45,013 nucleotides of DNA, filler included, from an uncultured virus (IMG/VR IMGVR_UViG_2049941000_000291) (11 parts of one record of this genome joined end to end with filler, not necessarily neighbours in it); one strand, 5' to 3'; positions 20,819 through 30,981 are shown, counted from the first letter of the whole stretch. Program-made: numbers and translations. The notes: generated by a model not told the origin, from the letters alone.

Positions 20819-20845
20819 ATCCCCAGTATCGACTGGGGATTTTTT
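20819..20845 (+). terminator. Intrinsic terminator
   Basis: ATCCCCAGT-ATCG-ACTGGGGAT-TTTTT. Confidence 0.8.
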
Positions 20846-20866
20846 AATTTTTATACATCTGAGCAC

Positions 20867-20895
20867 TTGCTCGCCAGTCGATAAAGTGCTATATT
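20867..20895 (+). promoter_or_regulatory. sigma70-like promoter
   Basis: TTGCTC-17-TATATT; the downstream gene lacks the repeated element. Confidence 0.55.
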
Positions 20896-20928
20896 AAAAT
20901 CACGCTCATCTAAGAAAGGAGAGAAACC

Positions 20929-21999
20929 ATGGCAAAACAACAGAAAATTTTCAAACCGTCCAAGAAAAGAGTAGGAGGCNNNNNNNNNNNNNNNNNNNNN
21001 NNNNNNNNNNNNNNNNNNNNNNNNNNNNNNNNNNNNNNNNNNNNNNNNNNNNNNNNNNNNNNNNNNNNNNNNNNNNNNNNNNNNNNNNNNNNNNNNNNNN
21101 NNNNNNNNNNNNNNNNNNNNNNNNNNNNNNNNNNNNNNNNNNNNNNNNNNNNNNNNNNNNNNNNNNNNNNNNNNNNNNNNNNNNNNNNNNNNNNNNNNNN
21201 NNNNNNNNNNNNNNNNNNNNNNNNNNNNNNNNNNNNNNNNNNNNNNNNNNNNNNNNNNNNNNNNNNNNNNNNNNNNNNNNNNNNNNNNNNNNNNNNNNNN
21301 NNNNNNNNNNNNNNNNNNNNNNNNNNNNNNNNNNNNNNNNNNNNNNNNNNNNNNNNNNNNNNNNNNNNNNNNNNNNNNNNNNNNNNNNNNNNNNNNNNNN
21401 NNNNNNNNNNNNNNNNNNNNNNNNNNNNNNNNNNNNNNNNNNNNNNNNNNNNNNNNNNNNNNNNNNNNNNNNNNNNNNNNNNNNNNNNNNNNNNNNNNNN
21501 NNNNNNNNNNNNNNNNNNNNNNNNNNNNNNNNNNNNNNNNNNNNNNNNNNNNNNNNNNNNNNNNNNNNNNNNNNNNNNNNNNNNNNNNNNNNNNNNNNNN
21601 NNNNNNNNNNNNNNNNNNNNNNNNNNNNNNNNNNNNNNNNNNNNNNNNNNNNNNNNNNNNNNNNNNNNNNNNNNNNNNNNNNNNNNNNNNNTTGAACAGT
21701 ACGGCTTCGCCGTCGAGAACAAGCAGTATGTGAAGCATATCGCGATTCCCAGCAAGCGGGCACTGGACAACCGTGAAATCCGCGTCATCGTCACGCCCAA
21801 GTACAAGACCGAAAAGACGAAGCTCTTGACGACCTTGACAATGGCTACGCTCAAGTACAAGATCCAGCTCGTCGATCTGACTGGCAACCGCAGCAAGGCA
21901 CTCGTTTCGAACGCCGTCACCGTGCGTATCCTCGAAGACCAGCTGGGCGACATCCTCTCGGCAGCCGATAGCTTTGTGAAAGGCTTCGCGGGCGCGTAG
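20929..21999 (+). CDS. Hypothetical protein(s), mostly gap
   Basis: SD plus ATG at 20929; 3' segment 21694-21999. Confidence 0.5.
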   Translation: MAKQQKIFKPSKKRVGGXXXXXXXXXXXXXXXXXXXXXXXXXXXXXXXXXXXXXXXXXXXXXXXXXXXXXXXXXXXXXXXXXXXXXXXXXXXXXXXXXXXXXXXXXXXXXXXXXXXXXXXXXXXXXXXXXXXXXXXXXXXXXXXXXXXXXXXXXXXXXXXXXXXXXXXXXXXXXXXXXXXXXXXXXXXXXXXXXXXXXXXXXXXXXXXXXXXXXXXXXXXXXXXXXXXXXXXXXXXXXXXXXXXXXXXXXXXXXXEQYGFAVENKQYVKHIAIPSKRALDNREIRVIVTPKYKTEKTKLLTTLTMATLKYKIQLVDLTGNRSKALVSNAVTVRILEDQLGDILSAADSFVKGFAGA

Positions 22000-22047
22000 A
22001 CTGGAACCGTGGCGGCGGGGCTGATCTCGCCGCTTATCCTTGCAGTG
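22000..22047 (+). promoter_or_regulatory. Element copy, strong hairpin
   Basis: TAGACTGG; GCGGCGGGG-CTGA-TCTCGCCGC, TATCCT. Confidence 0.8.
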
Positions 22048-22070
22048 AACCCACAAACAAGGAGTTATCT

Positions 22071-22166
22071 ATGGGTAATAGAGTTCATGTAATCAAGAAA
22101 CACGCTCAATACGGTAGTACCGAAGCATTTAACTGGCAATCGCAAGACTTTCGCTCGCTCCTCAAC
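22071..22166 (+). CDS. Hypothetical protein, 5' part; probably continues at 24469-24763
   Basis: Ends QDFRSLLN; the same 24 nt begin the segment at 24469. Confidence 0.65.
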
Positions 22167-22364
22167 NNNNNNNNNNAGCCGAACACTTACATTGTTAGCC
22201 GAGTCAGCGACGGCATGAAGATTGCCGAAGTGACATTTGGCAGCCAAGAAGAATTTAATACTTACCGCGACCGACTTCGAGCCGAACGCGAGCTGGGCAC
22301 AAGCCCTTGTCCGTTGGACATCAACCCTAAAAAATTTTAATCCACAGTCAACCACGAGGTAACT

Positions 22365-22688
22365 ATGCATATTGTTGAACTGAATCATTATTTCGACGGA
22401 ACTTGTATTGAAACTAAGGTCAGCGTTACTCCAGTAGCCAACATTGAAGTAGCCCAGACTGCACTCCAGAACCGCATGAAGAACGCCCTAAAAGAATTTG
22501 AAGTTGAACTGGAGCCAGTCTGTTCTGGCCATCACTTGAGCCTCGAAACCAACGAGGAACTTGACGAAGATGACAACGACGACTATTACCGTCTGGACAA
22601 ACTGAAAGGTACTAGCGACAAAGACATTGTCGCGACGGCGTACATCAACGCGGGCGAAACTACTATCGACTGGTATCTGGTCGATTAG
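22365..22688 (+). CDS. Hypothetical protein (107 aa)
   Basis: GAGG SD, followed by terminator. Confidence 0.8.
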   Translation: MHIVELNHYFDGTCIETKVSVTPVANIEVAQTALQNRMKNALKEFEVELEPVCSGHHLSLETNEELDEDDNDDYYRLDKLKGTSDKDIVATAYINAGETTIDWYLVD

Positions 22689-22692
22689 CTCC

Positions 22693-22711
22693 AGGGGCTT
22701 CGGCCCCTTTT
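22693..22711 (+). terminator. Intrinsic terminator
   Basis: AGGGGC-TTCG-GCCCCT-TTT. Confidence 0.8.
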
Positions 22712-22735
22712 CGCGTTTGCGGATCACGCCGGACG

Positions 22736-22783
22736 ACTGGCGTCGAGCTGGCGGGGCCGACCTCGCCGTCTATCTTTACTCTG
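22736..22783 (+). promoter_or_regulatory. Element copy
   Basis: GGCGGGG-CCGA-CCTCGCC, TATCTT, TGAACC. Confidence 0.8.
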
Positions 22784-22805
22784 AACCCAAACACAAGGAG
22801 TTATT

Positions 22806-23372
22806 ATGGGCTGGACAAGTTCACCAAGATATTACAATCCCACAGCTTTGCGTCGCATCTACGCCACTGAATTCAATCCGGAAAAGGTAACTGTTGTAGG
22901 CTGGTGCGGTGGATGGCTCAAGTGCATCAACAAGCTCAATGACCGTCCGTTCCTCGTCTGCGTCCTCGTGCGCCGCGTCAACAAGAACGAATACGCCTAC
23001 AAGGATATGGACTCTTCCGAGGGGCCGTACTACTTCAACATTAACGCCGTCGAGTGGCTCAAGCGAGAGCTCGCCAAGCGCAACATGGAGCCGTACAACC
23101 AGTACGAGGCCGACCTCATCCTCCGTCACGATCGCAAGGAACGCCAAGACAAGTACATCAAGTCGCTCACCCGTGGCCACGAGCTTACAGTGATCGACGA
23201 CTTCAGTTGTACAAACGGCGCGGAGTTCCATGTAGGCGACAAGTTCATCTTCGAGTACTTCGACCGTGGCTTAGTCCATGTAAGAACGGCCACTGGGATG
23301 CGGTACAGACTAAGCAAGGAATGTTTTTTCCGCTCGCCGCTCGACGACTATCCATTGGCGGTCGTCGCCTAA
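22806..23372 (+). CDS. DUF6927-like protein
   Basis: MGW start and YAYKDMDSSEGPYY, resembling the YKDMxExxGP motif recalled for DUF6927. Confidence 0.6.
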   Translation: MGWTSSPRYYNPTALRRIYATEFNPEKVTVVGWCGGWLKCINKLNDRPFLVCVLVRRVNKNEYAYKDMDSSEGPYYFNINAVEWLKRELAKRNMEPYNQYEADLILRHDRKERQDKYIKSLTRGHELTVIDDFSCTNGAEFHVGDKFIFEYFDRGLVHVRTATGMRYRLSKECFFRSPLDDYPLAVVA

Positions 23373-23622
23373 CCTTCTGAAACTGGGGGCAGGCNNNNNN
23401 NNNNAAGACTCTGGAAAGATCTTTCTCGATGGTATTCAGCCGTGGGAACGGTATCGTGCCGAAGTCGCCGCACACTGGGTCGTCCAGACAAATTTTCTGG
23501 GCAGTGGTCACCGAGCTTACTAACCGAAACATCTGGTACGCGCTCGAAGAAATGACGCTCGCGTGTAACAAGATTTTTACACTGCTGAATGTCACCGATC
23601 CAGCTCTTCCGGACGACGAATA

Positions 23623-23670
23623 ACTGGAACCGTGCCCGCGAGGCCGACCTCGCGGGCCATTTTTTAAATG
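23623..23670 (+). promoter_or_regulatory. Element copy, perfect hairpin
   Basis: TAACTGG; GCCCGCGAGG-CCGA-CCTCGCGGGC, CATTTT. Confidence 0.85.
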
Positions 23671-23700
23671 ACTCTTTCAACCACACAGGAGAAAAACAAA

Positions 23701-24114
23701 ATGAAAATTTTCGCTATCACAACCGCCAACAATAACACGCTCGAAAACACTTGCCAGATTTTCCTGGACAGGGATTCGGCACTCAAGCAGTTCATCAAGT
23801 GGGTCAAGGCTACCCACAAGAAGCTCAAGAAAAAGATCGAGGCACCTGGGTTCCATGCGATGCTCGTGGTCAATACTGGCGTGGCCGGGCTGAACGGAAC
23901 TGCCAACGGTCAAGCTTGCACTGCCAAGGACTTCAAGGTCGATGAACTGGACAAGGCCGTGCAGTTCGTACAGCAAGAAGCCGACCTCGCGGGCGTGTTG
24001 TTCGACACGACGGACGACAACCACGTTCAGGCGACCGTCCACACGTTCAACATCGACGACACTGCGGTTCTCGTCGCACTGGATCCGTTAGGCCACGGTA
24101 AGTCCAAGAAGTAA
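23701..24114 (+). CDS. Hypothetical protein
   Basis: AGGAG plus ATG at 23701. Confidence 0.8.
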   Translation: MKIFAITTANNNTLENTCQIFLDRDSALKQFIKWVKATHKKLKKKIEAPGFHAMLVVNTGVAGLNGTANGQACTAKDFKVDELDKAVQFVQQEADLAGVLFDTTDDNHVQATVHTFNIDDTAVLVALDPLGHGKSKK

Positions 24115-24123
24115 GGAGGATTT

Positions 24124-24457
24124 ATGATTGCCCTCACCAGAATCGCGTTCGACACGGACGACATGGAACCGTCTGAAACCGTCGTCCGCTTGTTCGACGA
24201 CAAGCACAAGGCCCATTCTGCCCTCAAGGACAGCGTGATAAATTTTATCGAAAACTGGCCCGCGAAGCTCGAAGAGCTTGACAGCGAATCGAACTTCATG
24301 CTTACGGTAAAGGGTGCGGCAGTTCCGAACGGCGAACTCCAGACGGAATGTTGCGCGACGGTTACCGTGGGCGACTTGCTCAAGGCTGAATATGTACACG
24401 CATATAACCAGAACTACCCTAATGTGACATGGCAGATCCACGAGGTCGCCGTCGAAC
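24124..24457 (+). CDS. Hypothetical protein, truncated
   Basis: AAGGAGG SD. Confidence 0.75.
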
Positions 24458-24468
24458 NNNNNNNNNNT

Positions 24469-24763
24469 CAAGACTTTCGCTCGCTCCTCAACATGATACA
24501 GCCTAACACGGTATCTGGTGAAGAGTACAGCGACGACTTCGAGCTTCAGGTGGAGGACTACAAGCAAGCCCTCAAGCTCATGGGTCGAGTCGTACGCTAC
24601 CAGAAGCATCCGGACGACGACAAGTTCGGCGACTTCAGCAAGCTGACTGCTATGCTGGACGAGCTGGGCGAGAGCTACGGCGACCTGTGCGACGGTCTGG
24701 GCAACCTGGGCGGGGCCGAGTACGTGCTGAACGCCATGGTCGGGTTCTACAGCGAGCGCGACC
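24469..24763 (+). CDS. Hypothetical protein fragment (continuation of the 22071 gene)
   Basis: QDFRSLLNMIQPN... Confidence 0.6.
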
Positions 24764-24774
24764 NNNNNNNNNNT

Positions 24775-25062
24775 CGTCAAGAGGAAGTCTGGGGCCGCGT
24801 CGTGAAGTCGCCGTTGGTTGGCGACTACGGTTGGGATCTTGAAAACACTGCCGACGGCAAGACAGAACATTTCGATGTCAACCATGTCGTCACGGACGAC
24901 GAGCCTAACCGTAAGTGCCCGCACTGCGGAGGCCCAGTAGTGCCGTCTGAAGTCGCGCCGTATCGCTGGACTTGTCCAGACTGCGAAGAGGACTTCTTCG
25001 ACTTCGAGTGCAAGGAACCAGAACAGCCCAAAACCACCAACAACGAGGTATCAAATGTCTAG
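24775..25062 (+). CDS. Zinc-ribbon protein, 3' part
   Basis: CPHCGG...WTCPDC. Confidence 0.7.
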   Translation, partial: RQEEVWGRVVKSPLVGDYGWDLENTADGKTEHFDVNHVVTDDEPNRKCPHCGGPVVPSEVAPYRWTCPDCEEDFFDFECKEPEQPKTTNNEVSNV

Positions 25063-25587
25063 CATGCCACAAGACGCTAACAAGCCGGATGCAACCCATG
25101 CACAGCAGTTCATCATCGTAGATAAGAACGACTCCGTCGAACTCCAGATCCCACTGGAAACTATCGNNNNNNNNNNCTGACTCCGAGAGCACCGACGACA
25201 TTGTCCGCTGGCTCGACGATGACGACGCCAGCTACTTGAGCGACGAAGAACTGGTGGAAACCGACGACTATCGCCGTCTGAAGACGCTGTGGACGGAGAT
25301 CATGGCCAAGGTCAAGGAAGTGACTGGCCTCAAGCTCTACATCAACTACGCTGCTGCTAAGCAGAAANNNNNNNNNNNNNNNNNNNNNNNNNNNNNNNNN
25401 NNNNNNNNNNNTTAATTAATTAANNNNNNNNNNNNNNNNNNNNNNNNNNNNNNNNNNNNNNNNNNNNCTGTGAGTGGGGCGTATCAAAAGCTTTTTACAA
25501 CAAGTACAAGAAGCTTTTTGATCTGGCCGATAAGTTCGAAAAGGAATTTCCGACGCAGTTCATGTCCAGCCAGCCCACGCGTCGATA

Positions 25588-25611
25588 ACTTGTCCGGAAC
25601 TGGCGGGGGTA
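25588..25611 (+). promoter_or_regulatory. Variant element copy (cut by gap)
   Basis: TAACTTG-N6-ACTGGCGGGG at the conserved offset. Confidence 0.5.
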
Positions 25612-25828
25612 NNNNNNNNNNGAAGTTAGAGCTGCTGGTGGCGAGCTTCGCACCGGAAATATTTTATACGCCGAAGGTCGTCTGGGCGAAGACTATCTGA
25701 GGAAACATGGCCCTAAATCATTTTATTATTTGATTGTCAGTCCTAGATCTGGCGACGAATACGCGGGCTTCATTGTCAAGGGACTGGGGACTGTGCTGCA
25801 AGAATCTGAAACTGGGTTNNNNNNNNNN

Positions 25829-26154
25829 AAAGCACGGACGGCATTGTCCGCTGGCTCGACGAGGAAGACTCCAGCTACCTGAGCGACGAAGAGCTGGTGG
25901 AAACCGACGACTTTACCCGTCTGAAGACGCTGTGGACGGAGATCATGGCCAAGGTCAAGGAAGAGACTGGCCTTCACCTCTACATCAACTACCACGACTC
26001 TGAAAACAACGGTTCGAGCTACGACGATGTGAACGGCGTGTTCTTCGACTTCAACCACGATGCGCTGTACCAACCGACAAAGGCGTTACTAGATATGCGT
26101 AAGAAGTTCGGCGACGGCATTGTCACTCGCCACTTCTACACGGAGTTTGGATAA
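25829..26154 (+). CDS. Hypothetical protein, 3' part; near-duplicate fragment at 25190-25350
   Basis: LSDEELVETDD..RLKTLWTEIMAKVKE in both. Confidence 0.7.
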
Positions 26155-26159
26155 CTCCT

Positions 26160-26179
26160 GGGGCTTCGGCCCCTTTTTT
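26160..26179 (+). terminator. Intrinsic terminator
   Basis: GGGGC-TTCG-GCCCC-TTTTTT. Confidence 0.85.
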
Positions 26180-26199
26180 ATTGTACTAGCTGGGCAGTC

Positions 26200-26247
26200 A
26201 CTGGCCCAGATCCGGCGGGGCTGCCCTCGACATTTATTTTTTATTTG
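26200..26247 (+). promoter_or_regulatory. Element copy, decayed hairpin
   Basis: ACTGG...GCGGGGCTGCCCTCGAC, TATTTT, TGAACC. Confidence 0.8.
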
Positions 26248-26271
26248 AACCTCAACCAAAAGGAGTTATCT

Positions 26272-26802
26272 ATGGTTAAAACTGACCCGACAAAACTTTA
26301 CACTGTTACTGGCTTATCCGTATTCGGTAATGATTCCGACGGGCCTCAAGCCGAACTCATTACATTCGACCAGCTCTATAATACCGTGGACGACGCAGCT
26401 CGTGCTGTCGCTGACGCGGTGAACGAAGTTCTCGCCGAGGAAGGCCACAAGAACCGCGTCAATGTCAAGTGCTGCTACGAAGGCTATACGCTCGTACTGG
26501 ACGCTGGACGCTGGGTGTACAAGATCGTTGCCCACGACAGACCGTACATCGTGACTTGCTTGAACTGCGACGAACGCACCGTCGAGGTCTCTACGCACTT
26601 CACTCTGGACGACGCCGAGAAGAGCGTGGCCAGTGCTGCTAAGCAGTCGCTCAAGGAAATCGGCTACGCGGAGCATATCTACGCCAGTCGTAACGGCGAC
26701 TATATGGAAATCAATAAGAAAGCGATAAAGAAGTCCGAGAAGTATATCAATATTGAATCGTCGGACGGCAACTACATTAGCATCAGCAAGCGGCGGATCT
26801 AA
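26272..26802 (+). CDS. Hypothetical protein
   Basis: SD plus ATG at 26272. Confidence 0.85.
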   Translation: MVKTDPTKLYTVTGLSVFGNDSDGPQAELITFDQLYNTVDDAARAVADAVNEVLAEEGHKNRVNVKCCYEGYTLVLDAGRWVYKIVAHDRPYIVTCLNCDERTVEVSTHFTLDDAEKSVASAAKQSLKEIGYAEHIYASRNGDYMEINKKAIKKSEKYINIESSDGNYISISKRRI

Positions 26803-26803
26803 A

Positions 26804-26838
26804 ACTGGATGAATACTGGCGGGGGCGGCCCCGCCCGG
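26804..26838 (+). promoter_or_regulatory. Element copy (cut by gap)
   Basis: ACTGG-N6-ACTGGCGGGG-GCGG-CCCCGCC after TAA. Confidence 0.7.
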
Positions 26839-28427
26839 NNNNNNNNNNNNNNNNNNNNNNNNNNNNNNNNNNNNNNNNNNNNNNNNNNNNNNNNNNNNNN
26901 NNNNNNNNNNNNNNNNNNNNNNNNNNNNNNNNNNNNNNNNNNNNNNNNNNNNNNNNNNNNNNNNNNNNNNNNNNNNNNNNNNNNNNNNNNNNNNNNNNNN
27001 NNNNNNNNNNNNNNNNNNNNNNNNNNNNNNNNNNNNNNNNNNNNNNNNNNNNNNNNNNNNNNNNNNNNNNNNNNNNNNNNNNNNNNNNNNNNNNNNNNNN
27101 NNNNNNNNNNNNNNNNNNNNNNNNNNNNNNNNNNNNNNNNNNNNNNNNNNNNNNNNNNNNNNNNNNNNNNNNNNNNNNNNNNNNNNNNNNNNNNNNNNNN
27201 NNNNNNNNNNNNNNNNNNNNNNNNNNNNNNNNNNNNNNNNNNNNNNNNNNNNNNNNNNNNNNNNNCACCACTAAGGACTGGAACAAGCGCGTCAAGGAAG
27301 CGGTCAACGAAGCGGTCTCGACCAAACGAGAAGCCTATTATGGGTGCCAGTTGCTGCCGCAGCTTTCGGCCTACTATCCGACGACTCCGCAGATGTACGA
27401 CCCTATGTGCCAGTACCGGACTATAGCAGTGTTCAATAGCAAGACTATGGGTCATGATATTNNNNNNNNNNNNNNNNNNNNNNNNNNNNNNNNNNNNNNN
27501 NNNNNNNNNNNNNNNNNNNNNNNNNNNNNNNNNNNNNNNNNNNNNNNNNNNNNNNNNNNNNNNNNNNNNNNNNNNNNNNNNNNNNNNNNNNNNNNNNNNN
27601 NNNNNNNNNNNNNNNNNNNNNNNNNNNNNNNNNNNNNNNNNNNNNNNNNNNNNNNNNNNNNNNNNNNNNNNNNNNNNNNNNNNNNNNNNNNNNNNNNNNN
27701 NNNNNNNNNNNNNNNNNNNNNNNNNNNNNNNNNNNNNNNNNNNNNNNNNNNNNNNNNNNNNNNNNNNNNNNNNNNNNNNNNNNNNNNNNNNNNNNNNNNN
27801 NNNNNNNNNNNNNNNNNNNNNNNNNNNNNNNNNNNNNNNNNNNNNNNNNNNNNNNNNNNNNNNNNNNNNNNNNNNNNNNNNNNNNNNNNNNNNNNNNNNN
27901 NNNNNNNNNNNNNNNNNNNNNNNNNNNNNNNNNNNNNNNNNNNNNNNNNNNNNNNNNNNNNNNNNNNNNNNNNNNNNNNNNNNNNNNNNNNNNNNNNNNN
28001 NNNNNNNNNNNNNNNNNNNNNNNNNNNNNNNNNNNNNNNNNNNNNNNNNNNNNNNNNNNNNNNNNNNNNNNNNNNNNNNNNNNNNNNNNNNNNNNNNNNN
28101 NNNNNNNNNNNNNNNNNNNNNNNNNNNNNNNNNNNNNNNNNNNNNNNNNNNNNNNNNNNNNNNNNNNNNNNNNNNNNNNNNNNNNNNNNNNNNNNNNNNN
28201 NNNNNNNNNNNNNNNNNNNNNNNNNNNNNNNNNNNNNNNNNNNNNNNNNNNNNNNNNNNNNNNNNNNNNNNNNNNNNNNNNNNNNNNNNNNNNNNNNNNN
28301 NNNNNNNNNNNNNNNNNNNNNNNNNNNNNNNNNNNNNNNNNNNNNNNNNNNNNNNNNNNNNNNNNNNNNNNNNNNNNNNNNNNNNNNNNNNNNNNNNNNN
28401 NNNNNNNNNNNNNCAAAGGAGTTGAAA

Positions 28428-29249
28428 ATGCTGAAAAAGCTCATTAAAAAAGCAGTTACATTATTTGACGAGGCGAAGCGGATTTTTACCGCGACCGACG
28501 GCGTGAAACGCTTCCGCTTCGGTAAACGCGAAGCTCAGAAGTTCAAGCCTCGCTTCGCTCTTGGTGGCAACATGAAGCTCGGCAAAGGCGTGGCGACGTG
28601 GTCTACCCTCATGGGTGACTACACGTTCGTCAACCTGCCTGGCGTCTTGAAAGGGATCAAGGGCACTTGTCAGAACTGTGACGGCTGCCGTACGAGCTGC
28701 TATGTACGCCATAGCTACTTCAGGCCGTCCGCGCCGTTCGGCCATGCTCGCAACACCTACGCCATGCGTACCGACCTCGACCGCGTTGAGCAGTCGCTGG
28801 CCGAGCAGCTTCGCCGTAGTCGTGGTATCTCGCTCGTTCGTCTGAACCAGTCTGGCGAGATCGAGAACGACGAGCAAATGGCCATGTGGTGCCGTCTGGC
28901 GTCTGGCTTCCCTCAGATTAAGTTCTACATCTACACGAAGATGTACAACATTGTCGAAAAATTTCTTTTGAACGGCCTCGTTCCGGAAAATTTCACTGTG
29001 CTGTACAGCGTGTGGGGAACTTTCGGTCTGGATGAATTCAACCGCGTCAAACATTTGTCGAATGTCAAGGCGTTCGAGTTCGACGACGGCACTGGCGAAA
29101 ATATGTTTTTAGCGACAAAACTTTATTGCCCAGCATATAAGGTTGTCGGTAAAACTGGCAAAGCCAAAATGGATCACTCGATCACTTGTGAAACTTGTGG
29201 TCTGTGCTTCAAGGGCCGAGCAAAAGTTATCGCTTGCCACGACCACTAA
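28428..29249 (+). CDS. GP88-like Cys-rich (putative Fe-S, radical-SAM-like) phage protein
   Basis: GNMKLG, TCQNCDGCRTSCY, VRLNQSGE, FYIYTK, PENFTVLYS, CP...CETCGLC pattern recalled for the phage gene-88 family. Confidence 0.75.
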   Translation: MLKKLIKKAVTLFDEAKRIFTATDGVKRFRFGKREAQKFKPRFALGGNMKLGKGVATWSTLMGDYTFVNLPGVLKGIKGTCQNCDGCRTSCYVRHSYFRPSAPFGHARNTYAMRTDLDRVEQSLAEQLRRSRGISLVRLNQSGEIENDEQMAMWCRLASGFPQIKFYIYTKMYNIVEKFLLNGLVPENFTVLYSVWGTFGLDEFNRVKHLSNVKAFEFDDGTGENMFLATKLYCPAYKVVGKTGKAKMDHSITCETCGLCFKGRAKVIACHDH

Positions 29250-29338
29250 AAAATTACTGGCGACTGCAAGGGGTTCACAAAATTCCTTGCTTTCGGTCGC
29301 AGCTCGCCAGTAACTCCGTTTGACCGAAGGCGAGGTGG

Positions 29339-29368
29339 ATCCCAGCGGGCGACCGCTGGGATTTTTTT
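29339..29368 (+). terminator. Intrinsic terminator
   Basis: ATCCCAGCGG-GCGA-CCGCTGGGAT-TTTTTT. Confidence 0.8.
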
Positions 29369-30048
29369 ATTTAGTGGAAACCTTTTAAACTGGAGTCAAC
29401 CATGGAAAAATCTACTGAACCTAAAANNNNNNNNNNNNNNNNNNNNNNNNNNNNNNNNNNNNNNNNNNNNNNNNNNNNNNNNNNNNNNNNNNNNNNNNNN
29501 NNNNNNNNNNNNNNNNNNNNNNNNNNNNNNNNNNNNNNNNNNNNNNNNNNNNNNNNNNNNNNNNNNNNNNNNNNNNNNNNNNNNNNNNNNNNNNNNNNNN
29601 NNNNNNNNNNNNNNNNNNNNNNNNNNNNNNNNNNNNNNNNNNNNNNNNNNNNNNNNNNNNNNNNNNNNNNNNNNNNNNNNNNNNNNNNNNNNNNNNNNNN
29701 NNNNNNNNNNNNNNNNNNNNNNNNNNNNNNNNNNNNNNNNNNNNNNNNNNNNNNNNNNNNNNNNNNNNNNNNNNNNNNNNNNNNNNNNNNNNNNNNNNNN
29801 NNNNNNNNNNNNNNNNNNNNNNNNNNNNNNNNNNNNNNNNNNNNNNNNNNNNNNNNNNNNNNNNNNNNNNNNNNNNNNNNNNNNNNNNNNNNNNNNNNNN
29901 NNNNNNNNNNNNNNNNNNNNNNNNNNNNNNNNNNNNNNNNNNNNNNNNNNNNNNNNNNNNNNNNNNNNNNNNNNNNNNNNNNNNNNNNNNNNNNNNNNNN
30001 NNNNNNNNNNNNNNNNNNNNNNNNNNNNNNNNNNNNNNNNNNNNNNNA

Positions 30049-30539
30049 CATCTAAGTGCTACAGAGCATACCGCGAATACTTCGATACGCACACCGTCGA
30101 AGTAACCGATTCCGGCTTCGATGTACTTCTTTCATCTGTCAGAAATATTCTGGCGCAGCGTTCTGAAAAGCTCAAGGTCGGCGGAACCTACCGCGTCGGC
30201 GTATTCAGTCGCAACATCGGAAACGAGACTGGCTGTAAGACCAAGGCCGTCGCAGCTTGCCTCATTGTTCGCGTCAAGATGACTGGAAAGACAACGGCCC
30301 AGATTATCGACGACACAGACAGCCGCGACTATCTGAATTACCTCGTGCATATCGTCCGCATTCCGAACGGAAAGACCTATCCAGACTTTGTCAATACTGA
30401 CGGCGTTATCGCCAGAAAAGCTGCGATCCTGTCCGTTTATGGCAAAAACAAGCCGTTCTCCGGCAAGCTCGCACGAGTCAACCGTTTGAACGACGAGCTT
30501 GATCGTTTGATCAAAGAAATGGGAGAAATATCGCTGTAG
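30049..30539 (+). CDS. Hypothetical protein, 3' part
   Basis: Open frame ending ...EMGEISL*. Confidence 0.6.
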
Positions 30540-30541
30540 CA

Positions 30542-30589
30542 ACTAGCTCGACGGCGGCGGGGCCTACCTCGTCGCATATTCTTTATTCG
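30542..30589 (+). promoter_or_regulatory. Element copy upstream of spoVG
   Basis: ACTAG; GCGGCGGGG-CCTA-CCTCGTCGC, TATTCT. Confidence 0.85.
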
Positions 30590-30612
30590 AACCTCAACCA
30601 AAGGAGTTCAGT

Positions 30613-30981
30613 ATGTCTGAAACAAAAAATAAAACTGTCGTCAAGTTTAAGTCTAACACTACTGGCAAAACTGAAGAATGCACCGTGGAACAGAAGCCGT
30701 TCGACTGTCTTCAAGTCACTTCCGTCCAAGTCTATCCGTTCAAGGAAGGCGCGTATAAGGGCCACATGGTAGGGCTCGCGACGGTGGTTCTCAACGACCA
30801 GCTCCAGATCCGCAGCCTCCGCATCATGGACGGCGCGAACGGTCTGTTCGTGGCCTATCCGCACGACTCGCAAGACGAGGATTTCAAATCCATCGTTCTT
30901 CCGATTACTCGCGTCTTGCGCGAGCATATCGAGGCTTGTGTACTGGAGAAGTACCAGTACGAGAAGTCGCTCGGCAACTAG
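30613..30981 (+). CDS. spoVG: SpoVG-family nucleic-acid-binding protein
   Basis: VTSVQVYP...LATVVLNDQLQIRSLRIMDGANGLFVAYP...FKSIVLPITRVLREHIEACVLEKY matches the SpoVG pattern. Confidence 0.9.
   Translation: MSETKNKTVVKFKSNTTGKTEECTVEQKPFDCLQVTSVQVYPFKEGAYKGHMVGLATVVLNDQLQIRSLRIMDGANGLFVAYPHDSQDEDFKSIVLPITRVLREHIEACVLEKYQYEKSLGN

Noticed and set aside
1274..30092. Large ORFs spanning N runs (e.g. 1274-2383, 18031-19437, 27351-29249) and apparent fusions such as radC with the DUF3846-like gene
   Set aside because: Created by translating Ns; true starts were reassigned from SD positions.
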